A stretch of DNA of 64,000 nt from Anolis carolinensis (taxonomy: Eukaryota). Shown one piece after another: positions 28,327 through 41,922 of this stretch. The first letter of the stretch is position 1. The number at the start of each line of letters is the position of its first letter. The stretch is from positions 270,491,749 through 270,555,748 of the forward strand of contig NC_085842.1 of NCBI RefSeq assembly GCF_035594765.1, in the 5' to 3' direction. The notes below the pieces were generated by a model. The model had not been told where the DNA came from, did not search any database, and saw only the letters and a list, made by a program, of their open reading frames with translations. The translations under genes and the position numbers were made by a program.

Positions 28327-29006
28327 ATAGAATCATATAATCAGAGAGTTGAAAGAGACCTCATGGGCCATCCAGTCCAACCCCCTGCCAAGAAACAGGA
28401 AAATCACCTTTAAAGCACCCCCAACAGATGGCCACCCAGCCTCTGCTTAAAACATTCAAAGAAGGAGCCTCCACCACACCCCGAGGCAGAGAGTTCCACT
28501 GCCGAACAGCTCTCACAGTGAGGAAGTTCTTCCTCATGTTCAGGTGGAATCTCCTGTAGTTTGAAGCCATTGTTCCCTATCCTAGACTCCAGGGCAGCAG
28601 AAAACAAGCTTTCTCCTCCCTATGACTTTCCCTCGCTTATTTGTACATGGCTATCATGTCTCCTCTCAGCCTTCTCTTCTGCAGGCTAAACATGCCCAGC
28701 TCTTTCAGCCGCTCCTCGTAGAGCTTGTTCTGCAAACCCTTGATCATTTCAGTCACCCTCTCCTGGACACCTTCCAACATGTCAACATCTCCTTTCAATT
28801 GTGGTGCCCAGAATTGGGCACAGTATTCTAAGTATGGTCTGACCAAGGCAGAATAGAGGGGTAGCATGACTTCTCTGGATCTAGACACTATGCTTCTGTT
28901 TATGCAGGCCAAAATCCCATTGGCTTTTTTATCTGCCGCATCACATTGTTGGCTCATGTTTAATTTGTTGTCCATGAGGACTCCAAGATACTGCTATTGA
29001 GCCAGA
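28327..29006 (-). mobile_element. CR1 LINE 3' fragment
   Basis: Minus-strand ORFs [14 protein letters not shown]...[16 protein letters not shown]...[12 protein letters not shown] and RKNFLTVRAVRQWNSLPR are the CR1 ORF2 C-terminus; atagaatc tail repeat. Confidence 0.95.
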
Positions 29007-32000
29007 CGTCGACAACAGTACGACAAAATAGATTATGGATGGAGCATCCAATAGTCTGAATAGAGTCTAATGTTCTAAGTACTTGACTTTCAGATATAGC
29101 CATACGAATGGATTGAATGAATGAAAGAAAGAAATCACAGAACCTGAAAAGAATTGAAGTGGGTAGTGAAATACTAGTGAAAAACTGATATAGGAAAGAA
29201 AGATAGTTTGAAGATAGAAAGATTTGTAAGATAGTTTGAAGTTGAATGAGATGGAGAGAAGTGGCATGGAAAGAGTGAAGCCTTAATAAATTGGGTCAGC
29301 GAAGAATGATTTCCCTGAGGATGTCTGCTAGTATAGCAAAGAAGACCCCTAAATACAGACACTATTATAGTCATGTACACAAGATGTATTTACACTCAAA
29401 CCTGGGAAGCCAACACATAGAGGAATGGAAGGGAAAGAGTGCTTCCTGATAAATGGAATTACCTTCTCTCTCAAGGCCCTCTCTGTCTGAGCTACTTCTT
29501 TAACACACACAGAGAGATAACACCTTTGATATTCTCATTATTGTCAGATCCAGCCAGGGTGTTCTGGTTCCTTTGATAATGGTGTTATTCGTTTCATGTC
29601 CCAAGTGGTTGTTCAGCCAGCCCTCTCTGAAGAGTGCTTAAGAGTGCTGTTTTAGAGTTCTTTTCAGACATGAGTTCTGGGCTTAAGAACCTCTGCCTCC
29701 ATCTTCTCAACTTTTACATTTTGGTTCGATTATTATTGTGCTCTTTCTTTCTTCACCTCTTTCCCTATTCTGCATCAGCATTTCAAAGGTAGTTTTGTCT
29801 CAACGTTTTGCTGAAGATGCAACTTTCATGATTCACATGTTTAAAGAAGTCCAGCCACTACATTGCTGTGATGTTTGGCATGCACATGTCAATGTTCTAA
29901 GTTACAGAGTTAGAAAATGTCATTGAATTGGTTTGTTTTGAACCATACTTTCAGACTTGTATATCAGTATCAAGCCTTCTTACCTTACATAGAGAGGGCG
30001 ATTGCATCGTGTTATGCTTGAACTGACGGCTTTAAAGCAGGATAATGAAAATGTTGTGAAATATATGGAATGTTCTGGTCCTTGGCACAGCTGTGGCAGT
30101 TGCTCCGCCTGCTGTGCTTCATAACACACTGGCCATTTGTTGGCGAGTTCATATTTCATATGGCAGGGAATTGGGAAGACTAAGCAGACAGGAGAAGAGT
30201 TTTATTTGCAGTAGCCTATGTATCCCTAGACTCTGATTTGACATTAAACATCTGCTTTGTGATCTGTTTCAAGGCCACTTCCCTTCCGCCAACAAAGGTT
30301 ATGACTTCAGGCAAGCTGTGCTCTCCATAGCAGGGGGAAATTTGCCTGAAGTCTTGATCTAGTCAAAATCAAAGCACCCTGCCTAAAAAACTGCTTTTCC
30401 AATTATTTTAAAGACCGCAAACGTAACAACACAGCATATGTAGTCATTTTGTTTTATCTGTTAAAACCTTTGAAAACAATTTGACTGGCTATTGATGTTC
30501 TATGATGAGTAGTTGGTATTTCTGCTATTGTTATGTGCTTCAAATACGATAATATGTACAAAACATACATAAGCATTGACTTAAAATATTTTAGTATGTG
30601 AAATAATAATCCATTTCAGAAAATCTAGGTGTTTTATGCTGTTAATGGACTCATAAAATAAGGGGCTCTATTGGTTTTCAGCTGCTTATATCCAATTTCA
30701 TAATGGTAATCTTTTACTTGGATCTTAGGCCAGACATATGTTCAAAGTTGAAAAATGACATTATCTGAAGTAATCAAATACAGCATCTTTTTTCTTTTGT
30801 ACGCATGATGGAAATCTGATTGCAGATTTCACTTGTATTGTTCAAAATGCACTTTGGGAGTCTAATTTAGATTTCTCTGAAGAATTGTCACCTTGTTTTC
30901 TCCTGACATACACAAATTAAATGCTTGTTCATTGACTTTCAGCAATGTAGCTATTTTCAACCTTTTATTAATGTGAGAGAATGCTATCACCCACACGATT
31001 TACTGTTGTTGGTATAAAGTCTGTACTACACACGTATATTTCTTTTCTGTAGAGAATTTCTCCCTAGTTTTTTAAAAAAAAGAAGAGAACAGAAGTAATT
31101 GAATATTTGCATATCTCTAAGGAGCCATGTGGGTTAAACTCCGTATTCATTTTCTGCAGTTCTTAGGCCACTTTGCTTTAAGAGTAAGAGCTATTGCTTT
31201 TATGAAGTCCCTTATTCTATAAAGTCAAAACCTCACAGCGGTGCATAGAAAGCTAGTGGTATAAAGGAGCTAAGTAGAGTCTTTAATAGAGAGAGCTAGG
31301 TTGTAAGTGTTTTTGTTCCAACCGAGCTGATAGATTTGGCTCCATCTGTTCCATATTCATAACAAAAGAGCTCACTTACTGGAGGGCTGACTTCCTCAGA
31401 GTAGTCTAGTAATAATCTTTTTTCACCTCCTTCTTTTTAAAAACTTAGTATGAAAGGATGTGGTCACTTCAGCTCTGCAGAAAGAAGTGAGCACTTCATA
31501 CCTGCTATTTTCCTGCAACTCCATTTTAGGACAAACATTTTTTTTCCTAAGATGTTTAAAATACACTTCCTTTGTATCCTCCCTGTAGCAGTTTTGTTGG
31601 CAGAATTGCTCGCCTTTCTTGTTTCTTAACCCCAAAAGCAGCACATTTGAAGAAACAGGAAATGTAAAGGGCCATTGTGCATCACACAGTGAACGTTTTA
31701 AAGATACAAATATTTCAATACTCCGTCTCTGTTTGAGTAAGAAAAAGTAAATACATTTTCAATGTCTTGTTGTTGACTAAGATTAAAGATTATTAAAGTT
31801 TTATTTCATATGATAAACTAAGCAGAGAATAAAAACTCAGAAATGATGCCAACATGGTTAAAACACAGAATCACCAAAAACAGGGTTTTCTTCCCTGTTA
31901 GCCTGTCACTCATGGCAAGCCTTCCTGTTCAGTGTGGCCATTGACAGGGCAAGGACAGGAGAAGTAGGTCTGCTTTGCAAACTTCCTTCTACCAGTAGAT

Positions 32001-34059
32001 TCAGGAATATAAGTAAAGGGGATCAAAACCAGGCCGCTGTTCCCCAGAGTAGAATTCTGCTCTCCAGATATAAATTTCCCTCATTTCCCAAATGTCTAGC
32101 ATTGCAAAAGGAAAAACATTAAAGATTGTTTACAGCTAGGAACTGTGATACTTGCTATGTTCAACATTTCCTTGGTAACTTTGATTGCCTCTTTTCTTTG
32201 GATCTCGAAACTGTATTTCTAATTGCTTGACAAATGTTTTAAGTTACTGCTAAAATAAAAATGTGAAGACTGAAGGAAAATTTCAACTGCAAGGGCAGAA
32301 TTCTTATGCAGTGGAATGATCTCATTTTGTCACACCACAATGACACCCCTGAGCAAATACTACCATTATACTTTACATTTGATGGGGGAGGTGGTCTAAC
32401 ATTAAGTGTAACATTAAAATCAACCATCTGAGTACCAAACATTTGAGGAAAGATAATAAAAGTGAGCTTTATAGTTCACACAGATTTGAGTTCGGTTGGT
32501 TTTCTAATAAAAACTTATAAAATTCAGTAGAAGGTGGATTAAAGGTTTTCTTGCTCTCTTGACACTGGGATCATCCAGTGAAAGTGGTTGGCAGAACTTC
32601 TAGACAGATATAATGAAGTGCTTCTTATAATATTGCATACCTGGACCAAGACAATGAACAGCAATGCAAGGTAGGATATGTGTTGCATGGTCTGGAGGAT
32701 GTCATGTGATGGTGTGTACCATCAGGACATTGCATGTGATTGGGGCAGAGCCAAAGGCAATTTAATGCTCAGCCTCTCACCCTTAGTACAGTGAGTTTTA
32801 CTGAATGCTTTGGGGATGGTCAGATTTTTCTTCTGTACCTGGTGTTTTTTTTTTGTCTACTCCATGCTGACCTGCAGGAATTTTATTATTGCCTGAATGT
32901 GGTGTCTGTAAATAGCCTGGCAATCGCAGGTGGCTGGGGGGAGATTTAAAAGTTCACTACTTCTGGGCACCCTTTTGGTGAAGAGTGGTTCTCTGGGATG
33001 ATCCCTACAGGTAGGGGGTAGGGAAGATGTCTGCTATTGAGGTTGACCTGGGGGGTTTGCTCTCACTTATAAAGTCCTCTCACATGTGGGGCGGGGTGGG
33101 TGGGTAGTACCTTATAGTTACCTTCAAGTAAAGAACTGGCCAGAAAGCAATCCAAATTATCAGATTGCCCTTGGGGCTCAAGTGTTTCATCTAAGGGATG
33201 GTTGAGAAAGTAGTCTAGGGTTGACACTTGACCTCAGCTGAACCTATATTAGATTACTCCTTCTTGCTTCTTACCAGATTCAATTCTAATTTACAGAGGT
33301 TTTAGGTCAAATAAAGTGTTATTTATTTAACCAAGCTTTATATGTCTGGTTTCATTATTCCATGATTGATCATAAAATAATTTACAGGATTTGGTACTGC
33401 AGTACACATTGTTTCAGATTAAATTGGGAGGATCAATTTAAATTTATGAAGTATGAGTCTTTCAAAGGGCTGTTAGCTCTGATAACTAGATAGACTGTGA
33501 ATCATAGTGCTGTTGAATATAATTTACTGGCAGAGCACCTAAAGTTTTTATTGATCGTGTTTTACTAATTAGAACAGCAAATGTTTGGAAACATTCTCGA
33601 TTACAAGGATTGTCTAAACGAAGTCTGCTTTAAAATTAAGCAAACATAAGACAGGTCAGTAGCCTTGGAGTCCTGAATTAGACTATGTTTCCTTGTATTT
33701 GTCTCTGGGTCTGTCCTCTAGCAGAGTCATGTTAACAGTCACAATAGTTACCCATAACTACTTGACCTAAATTGTTGTCTTGAATTTATGTGCTGAATCT
33801 GATTTTTCCCTGAACACAGTATAGTCTGAAGATACCAGGTGCTGTAAACTTTATTTCAGGGGAAGAAACTAGCAAAACCACTGCTGAGCATTCCTTACTT
33901 GAGAAAAACCCCATGAAATCCATATTACTTGATATAGAGATCCATTAATTATTCCTACATTTGCATCGGCTTGTGCCAGCAGGGAGAAGACAACCTGTGA
34001 GGTCACAAAAGCATTCATATAACAAACATTTTTGGACAGCATCTTCCAGAATCCTCTCC

Positions 34060-34390
34060 TTCTCACTATCTACTCCCTCTCACTCTTAAGCTCCAGGAAA
34101 AATCTTAAGACCTGACTATTTAAGCAAGCCTTTGGGAATTAATATGACCCATAAGTATGACAAAATCTGTATAAGAATGGCGAAAGCAATTGGTTTAATG
34201 TTTACAAAGCTCCGTTGGTGCTAGATCTTTGATATGTTTTATTCATTTGAAATGATTTATAATTGATATGTATATGTTTTTTACAGTTTTATAATATGTT
34301 GAATCTGGCATTGAATTATTGGTATAGTTTGTCAGCCACCCTGAGTCCCCCTTGGAGGGTGAGAAGGCTGGGGTAGAAGCACAGTAAATG
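34060..34390 (+). mobile_element. L2-type LINE 3' end
   Basis: cttaagacctgactatttaagcaagccttt ORF end; agccaccctgagtccccttggagggtgagaagg tail. Confidence 0.6.
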
Positions 34391-36589
34391 TCATGCCTGT
34401 GGGATTCTGGGAGTTGTCATCTTCAAAAAGTATTTTTAGAGAATTTTGCCCTTTTCTCACTAAACATTTCAATAAACCTAGTGATAGGAACTTCATAAGA
34501 CAAACAGAAATAGATGCTACATGCAATATCCTTGTATGTTACAACTGGCATTTAAAAAGTGTCCAGTTGTCTGACATCTGCAGTTATATTTTCTGTAGAA
34601 GCTGGTGGTCTGATCACTTTTCTTTGTACAAGTGTTTGGGTGTTTGGCTCAATTTCTATTTTTTTTTTTTTTTTAGAAAATGTACAAGACAGATGTTTTT
34701 GAGTTTCTGTCAACATTTATTGCTGCAACTTCTGCAGCTGGCATCCTCATGTTTCTTGCTTCAAGATATCAAAATCTTCCACTTTTGTCAGTACGTTGAC
34801 CCTGCTGATGATTAAATGTGGAGATACAGCAGACTAGGTGAGATCAAATGTTACCAGCAACTTAAGTAATTTCCTACAGCTACATAGCAAAGCAATTTAC
34901 TCAGGATGAATGCTTGAGAAACCAGGTATCAAGGATGAGCAAGTAACAAATGTACAAGACTAAGTCCTCATGAGCAATCAGATTTAGACACAATTTGACA
35001 TTTAATTCTTCCATTGAAAATGGAGTCATCACAGAGGCACAAACATTCTTTGAGTGCGTAGCTTCTGAAGGATTCTTTTGTGTGTGAAATAACTAGTCTG
35101 AATGTGGATTTTTTAAAAAAATAAATAAAAATAAAACAGCAATAAATACTTTAAAGAACTTTTGTCAGTACATTTAATTCCTTTTTCAGGATCACATTCA
35201 TTCATACTTTTTGTTGGCTCATTACATTTCAGGAGACTTTTTCAATAGCATTTATGTTAATGTGAAACTTTTTTCTGTTTGCATTGTGAGAAGAATATTA
35301 ATGCTTAATACTGCATTTACCTGCCTAATCTACATACATTTGTGTTGTACTGTAAATCACACTAAACCCTACAGGGGAAAGGCTCGGCTCTGCTAACAAC
35401 TAATAGGCTATCTTTTCTTTTGACTCTGCAAATTGAGAAATATTGCCTGTGGCAAACATAATGGGAAACTGCATTTTTAATGCTCCCACACAGACTCATT
35501 TCTTTAGAAAGAAGGAAGCAGATGGCTGTTCTTAAAAATGAAACTTCCCAAATCTCCAGGGTTGACATAGGGTATTAGAAATTTTGGTGCTTCTGGCTAT
35601 CAGAATTAAGATTTGAGGGTTAGATGAGGTCATGTGGATCTTGGATTTGACTAATGAAAATGGTATTGTGCTTGAAATAGCCAAAGGCAAATTGTTGCTA
35701 TAAATACTTTCAGAACTCCCCAAAGAGCTTATCCTTATAAGTAATTTAGTAATACTGTCTGAACCTGAATTTCAAACTTATCTCATTTATGATGAGGATG
35801 GTTCATCTCTCTGCTCATTTTTTGTTCTTTGATGCTGCCGACTATGGGAGAGTGGGTTTGCTTGGCTGGGTTTTGAGACTTCTAGGTATCTATTCCAGTT
35901 TTGTAGACAGCTAATTTTTAGAAAGAGAAAAACGCTTGGATCAGATTTCATTCTCCCAGCAAGGAATGACATTCTAATGGAGCTAATATTTCTACTTGGT
36001 TATTTTAAGACGAAGCAGGTGCGTCTAGGTTAGTTCCCATCATTCAGCATGTTGGGTTTACATCTGGCCTTGTGACATTATGGCAGAGAGAAGGGAATCC
36101 TCAAATAAGCTATTCAGTATTGTAGATGGTTTGCCATAGATAGACTAAGAAATGGAAAGAGAGAAAAATCACTTAGGAGAGAAAAATAAATGCAACAAGG
36201 ATACATTTATTTGTCCCTGCCACAGCTGCTTGGAGAATAAATTATGATAATCCTCTTTCAAGGGATATTTTGAGTGGCCATAGAGCAGGACCTGGATATA
36301 CAAAAGACTAAGAACATTGCTTACTGTATCTGTCTATCAATGGCTGTAGTTTCATTTGCCTTTTTCAGAGATACTTCAACATTAATTTCATTTTATATAG
36401 AAGAATTATAAATATGATGTATGTATATACAGTGAAGGGTGAAGGAGAGTCAAACAGCCCCTTGAAATATTCTATTTTTTAAAAAAATGGGGAAAGATTT
36501 TTCCAAAGTAGCAAATCATCTAGTTGTGACCCAAGAGTATCTCCATCTCATAGGAGATCTTTCTCTAATATGAAACCAAGGTGATTCAG

Positions 36590-37200
36590 ATTTTTAGTTA
36601 AAACAAAATACAATTAAAACAATAGATTGTAACAAAGTTTAAAAACATTTAAATGAAAAAAACATATTAAAACATTAATTTAAAAAGTTTTAACATGTAG
36701 TTAAAATATAATTATGATAAAAATACAAATATAGCACACCCCAATTAAAACACCCTTTTCATCAGGCAATTAACACTAATAGGCCTGAGTAAGTAGAAAA
36801 GTCTTCACCTGCTAACAGAAAGAGGGTAGAGAAGTGATCAGTTTAGTTCCCCTTAGGAAAGAATTCTATAATCTGGGACCAGCCACTGTTTATTTTTTAA
36901 ATAGTGTTTGGTTAAATTCTATTTTGATATCTATGGCATTTAGGTTTTATATCATATACTGCATTGATTTTAGCACTGTTTGCCACTTTGAGTCTCTGTT
37001 AAGAGAAAAGGCGACCTACAAATAAATATAATAATAATAATAATAATTCTCCTGTGTTCTCATGAAGCATGCCTATGAATGAACATCTTAAAACATGCCA
37101 GTTCTCCCCCAACCATCTTAGAATGTAGGCAGGCTCATTATGGTAAGGTACAGTTTTTTAGATGGTCTGGAACCAAGCTGTACAGAACTTTATAGGTCTT
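36590..37200 (-). mobile_element. Old L2 fragment with a nested + strand LINE tail (~36890-37047)
   Basis: aaaagtcttcacctgc...gaattctataatctggg resumes after an (AAT)n-ended tail. Confidence 0.45.
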
Positions 37201-39409
37201 TATGGAGGTGTTTAACCAGATGAGTGCTTCCTTGTAGAATGTCACCCCTTAATAGTACATTGCAGAAGTGATGCCAAGCTACAGACATGATACCTTTGTT
37301 TTAAATAAAAGAAGCAAAGAAAGGTGAGGAGAAAGAAAAAGAAAGAAAGGCAGGTAGATAGACTGTGAAAATTGCTCTGTATGAATGTTCCTGCATATGT
37401 GCTGCTATGTATGTATATCTAGTCTGTGGGACCACTAAGAATTTTAAAGTATTGTATCTTTTTTTCAGAACCTAGATTGGGGGAAAGGTTTTAAATAATA
37501 GATTTTTTTAACCTCTCAAAACCATACAAATAATTGCAGTAAAAATGTTGTCATTTGTGGTATAAAGGGTTAGAACTAGCCCAGGGTTTAATCCAATATG
37601 ATGTTTGCTGCCTTTTGTTGTGGTAGAAAGAAAGCCAATGGAAATTAATGTCTTTCTGTTTTATCAGAGGGGAAAAAACACCAGGTAATATGCAGAACAG
37701 TAAATCTCATGTTCTCTCCCCCCCCCCCACCTTAAAAAAAGAAGAAGCAATGAATAGGTTCTAAGGTTTGAATGTAAACACTAACACTCTGCTTTTGAAT
37801 ATTCCAAAAACTCCATTCAGTGTCATTTGTAAAGTCATTCCCAAGGCTGGATGGAGCAGGAAATAATCAAATGCACTTTTTTGCTTAGGCTAACAGAGGA
37901 AGCAATTTAGTTGTGTCTCACATCCAAGTTTTCAGGTAAAGAATACAATGTTCCTATCTTGTTAAGCAGCCTGCTCCAGTCTGAGAAGGATTTGTGTAGT
38001 CATCATGGGCCACAGGAAGAACCCAATTTCCTGGAAGCCCCTGCAGAGTACAGTTCTGTGCCCTGTAACACATCAGTTACTGTAGATGTCATAGAGCCCC
38101 CCCCCCCCAAGCTTTGATTTAGTGGAGCTCAGACAGCTGTTAGCACTTCTTAACTGCTTGTCAGAGTATGGCACAGACCTGGGAAGCATCACTGCTGTAC
38201 GGTTGTGTTTGTGATTTTAAAAGACACTTTAATGCATGTTGGTTTTTCCATTTGAACCTCTGCTTCACTTTTTCTTGGTTTCTTCCTCTCCCTCGTAAAC
38301 CTATCTATCTTTTTTCAGAAAATATCAACGTATGGAGGGAGGAGTGATTCATAATGCTTAAATCAGGGAAAATATAAGGAGAATGAAAAAGGAAGAAAGC
38401 GAAACAGCATCATGCAACTTTAAGTTTACAATATGCATTGTGGTTGGGGGAGAAAAGATCAAAACCATGGAATACGTGGAAATATTTGGAATGAGCTAAA
38501 ATGTTAGGTGATGACAATTACCCTTGTTTTGTAAAGCAGCACATGTTTTCTTTAAAGAGCAGGTCTTCTCTTAAATCCCCATAAGCCCCACTTACTTGAA
38601 GGTTATGGCTTTGGGTTATTGGTAGACTGTGTGTCATCAGGGTCCATTATAAGTCTGTCATAAACACCATCGCTCAGTGCCTTATCTCAATGGCATTTTT
38701 AGTCTTTTAAGTCCTCAAGTTTACTCAGCCCTTCCAAGCCAACTAGCTAAGGCAGGGCATTCATGAATTGTGGCATTCATCTTCTAGTGAATAGATTAGT
38801 TTTGTTGTCTCTACTTCTGCATCCTTTCTTCTTGCTGAACAGTATATTTCACCTTATCTACTGTATCTTTGCAGCATGTTGTCATCAATAACAGCAGTTC
38901 ATTAAATGGCATATCATTTTGAAATGTATTTGTCGTGCAATGCTTTTGACACGAAATAAATAAATAAATTAAATGGCATAATCTCAGTTATATTATCTGT
39001 ATCCACTGGTATACTCCTAAACCATCTAGACAGAATGACACATAGACACAAAACATTCTATTTTCCTAAAACAGTCTAGGCCACTGCTTGGAATATTAAA
39101 TAAAAAGTTACATCACACAATAATAGAATACTGTTCATTAATTTCTTGGCAAACTAATATTCATGTTGTTTTGTTAGTCCTTAGCAATTTGAGATACATG
39201 AAAGCAGATACATAAATCTCTTTCTCATAAACGAAGATATGTACATTTCACATCATCACATTGTCTGGGATATATATTGCCATAAAAATACACAGAGGAG
39301 GAAATTATATATTTTTCAGTGATAAAATTGTTTCACATTGCCTCTGAATGAAGAAGCAACATTATTTTGTTAATACAAATGTATTAACTTCTTAGGATAT
39401 TATGTGTTA

Positions 39410-39640
39410 TTTTCACCTGTCATAAAGTTGACTTCAACATATGATACTCCTGTGAATTAATGAGAGACCTCCATTTGTCATATTATCAGTGATGATGCTC
39501 AGATCTTGCGGACTCGTGGTCATGGCTTCCCTGATTTTCCAATATCTATAAAGAGGAGTCTTCCTCTTTTCCTACTGCCTTCTTCCTTACCAAGCATTAT
39601 AGTCCTTTCTCATGAGCCATCTCTTCCAAAGTACAAAGCA
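39410..39640 (-). mobile_element. Degenerate RTE-type LINE 3' fragment
   Basis: gtcttcctcttttcctactgccttc...ccaagcattatagtcctttctcatgag motif characteristic of the RTE minus strand. Confidence 0.55.
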
Positions 39641-41180
39641 TGTCCAAAGTACAAAGTTCAGTATTGATTTACTCTAGGACTCAATTATGATCTGCAGCAT
39701 TTAATGAATTTTATTAAATGAAACTTCTACTTCAAGTCACTTTTTGATCCTGGTCTGCACATATCATTTAGCACCAAATACTTCCTAAAATCTAAGGCCT
39801 CTTTTGAATCTCAGGTTTTGCATCATTTTTACATATTTTTTTTCAGTGCTAATACTTGGGTTGAATCTTTTGTAAAATTAATGATTCCCCAGAAATTTCC
39901 AATGGAAGAATGAGAGAAGAGACAACATTTGTTATATTTGCTAGTTTTTTTCTTTGTACAATCACCCTTAGAAAATCTGTTCCAAGCAGTTGATAATAAC
40001 TTTAAAGCATAGTGAGATGACACAGGGAGTTACAGGAGGAAGGAAGAATTGGAAAAATTACCCCTCTTTCTCTTGTGGGAATTTCTGCTGAATGTTATTC
40101 CCTCTATGTAAGTGGAAGGAACTCTTTGGATCCAATTCCTTATCCCCTGAACAAAGATGTCTAATTCTGGCAGAAATCAAAATATTGATCAAGCTGAACT
40201 AGCAACATAAAGTCTTCAGCCCCATCAGAATTCTGTGCATTGTTACTTTTGACTACTTATGGAAAGGATGTGTTTGCCTGTGAAAGTGATGGGTAAAAAT
40301 GATTTTACCCTGCTAAGTATTTGAAAGAAGGTCACGAGAGTTGGATCTTAACCTTCTGCATTAACCTCTGTGCCTAGAATACTGATTTGCGCATTCATGA
40401 AGTCCTTACAAAACAGCTTTTTCCTCAGTGTGTACATGCTTGTTGAGTGCCTTGTGCGTTTAACTTTCCTTATAGTTTAAATTCAAGGGAAAAAACTGAC
40501 AGCTGACAAGAAGACTGGTCTAGAACCACTGCTCCCAGAAATATTGCTTTTCTAGGTGCAGGAGATGATATAATTGAGGGGATTTTTTGCAGCTTGAAAT
40601 GGTACAGTCCTTGCATAATTTTCATAGTGTTTCAATTGATTCTAGAAAAGCAAGCATTTTGATTTTTGATTGGCTTATAGCAAAATCCTGTTTTTCTGGC
40701 CTTATCCATTGCCATAATTATTTATTATTGTTATTGCCATAATTATATTCCTCCTTGCTGCAATCCTGAAGAAATTTCTCCTTCCCAGGCTATTGATTAG
40801 CCTCAGGTAGAAGGTATATACTGACATCCAGAAAGTTGCATTTAGTTTACATTTACACATACTCTGAATTCCAGTTTACAAGTCACAATTGTAGAGATTT
40901 TGTTTTTCTTTTTTGGAGAAGCATGTTTGTGGTCAGTGGGCCAATTTTGTGACTCCCGGCCTCCCTTATCATCATCTTTTTTTTGTATTATTACCTAATT
41001 TATGAAGAAAAAACAGGGAAGTTATAACAGTTTACTTGTTATTCAAATGATTCCAAACATTTACGTTCTTGCTTTATTTGTGTGCTGGAGTTGTGTTACT
41101 TTGCGAAAAGAAGAATGTTGGGAATTATGTTTGTAAGACAAAAATTTACCATGTGTCCCCTTCCATTTTCTTCTCAACAG

Positions 41181-41249
41181 CCTCTGCAATCCCAGATAAT
41201 AATGGAAGGAGGTCCTGTCTAAAGCTGAAAGTCTTTGTACGACCTGCAA
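41181..41249 (+). CDS. EFNA5: Ephrin-A5 exon 3 (69 nt)
   Basis: Encodes (S)SAIPDNNGRRSCLKLKVFVRPA. Acceptor ttttcttctcaacag ends at 41180; donor gtaagt at 41250. Phase 1 matches the end of exon 2. Confidence 0.97.
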
Positions 41250-41596
41250 GTAAGTTCTTTAGCTCTTGCTTTAGAGGGTGGCTTTATAGCGCATGCTTTG
41301 TTTGGTCTGGTAAACAGCAGTGAAACTTCTTTTTTACTTCTTAAATTCTGTGTGGTATCTGTTCTGTATAGCGGCATTTTTTCTGTTGATTTCACCATAT
41401 CTTTTATCATTTTTTCACAAAGCTTTTTTCTTGTTTTAATTACATACCAGTTGCTAACTTGTTGTTTCTTATTCTGTTGTACAAAAAGACAATTGTTGTG
41501 GCATTTGGAGGCGTGCCACAGCTAAGATATAAATACATACATATAATAGAAGGAGAAATCAGATAGTTCAACAAAAACAAGGAAAATGGGGAATTT

Positions 41597-41760
41597 NNNN
41601 NNNNNNNNNNNNNNNNNNNNNNNNNNNNNNNNNNNNNNNNNNNNNNNNNNNNNNNNNNNNNNNNNNNNNNNNNNNNNNNNNNNNNNNNNNNNNNNNNNNN
41701 NNNNNNNNNNNNNNNNNNNNNNNNNNNNNNNNNNNNNNNNNNNNNNNNNNNNNNNNNNNN
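41597..41760. other. Assembly gap (164 N)
   Basis: Run of N. Confidence 1.
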
Positions 41761-41910
41761 GCCTCTGTCCCCCTGATGCCTTGCTTCTCTTTCCCTCTTT
41801 CCTCTGCATGGTTTGCATGGTAAAATGACTCTGCTTTTGCTCATTTCTCGCAGTGCTAATATTGCTTATGATATATCTCATTTGCTAATGCTAGTTTCCT
41901 CTTGTAACAG

Positions 41911-41922
41911 ATGTGAGGCAAA
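41911..41922 (+). CDS. Candidate 12-nt EFNA5 microexon (adds four residues, ...VRQN...)
   Basis: tttgctaatgctagtttcctcttgtaacag|ATGTGAGGCAAA|gtatgc. Phase 1/1, frame-preserving, no stop codon. Confidence 0.4.

Noticed and set aside
32640-33060. Possible decayed Penelope coding remnant
   Set aside because: Too degenerate to support by eye.
41563-41596. cag|ATAGTTCAACAAAAACA (NSSTKT) resembling the start of exon 4 (NSCMKT)
   Set aside because: Upstream is purine-rich with no pyrimidine tract, the similarity collapses after 6 codons, and contig-edge quality is doubtful.
41847-41853. Upstream acceptor ctcgcag
   Set aside because: Leads to an in-frame TAA within 12 codons and has no nearby donor.
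41440-41881. ORFs spanning X runs
   Set aside because: Artefacts of the N gap.
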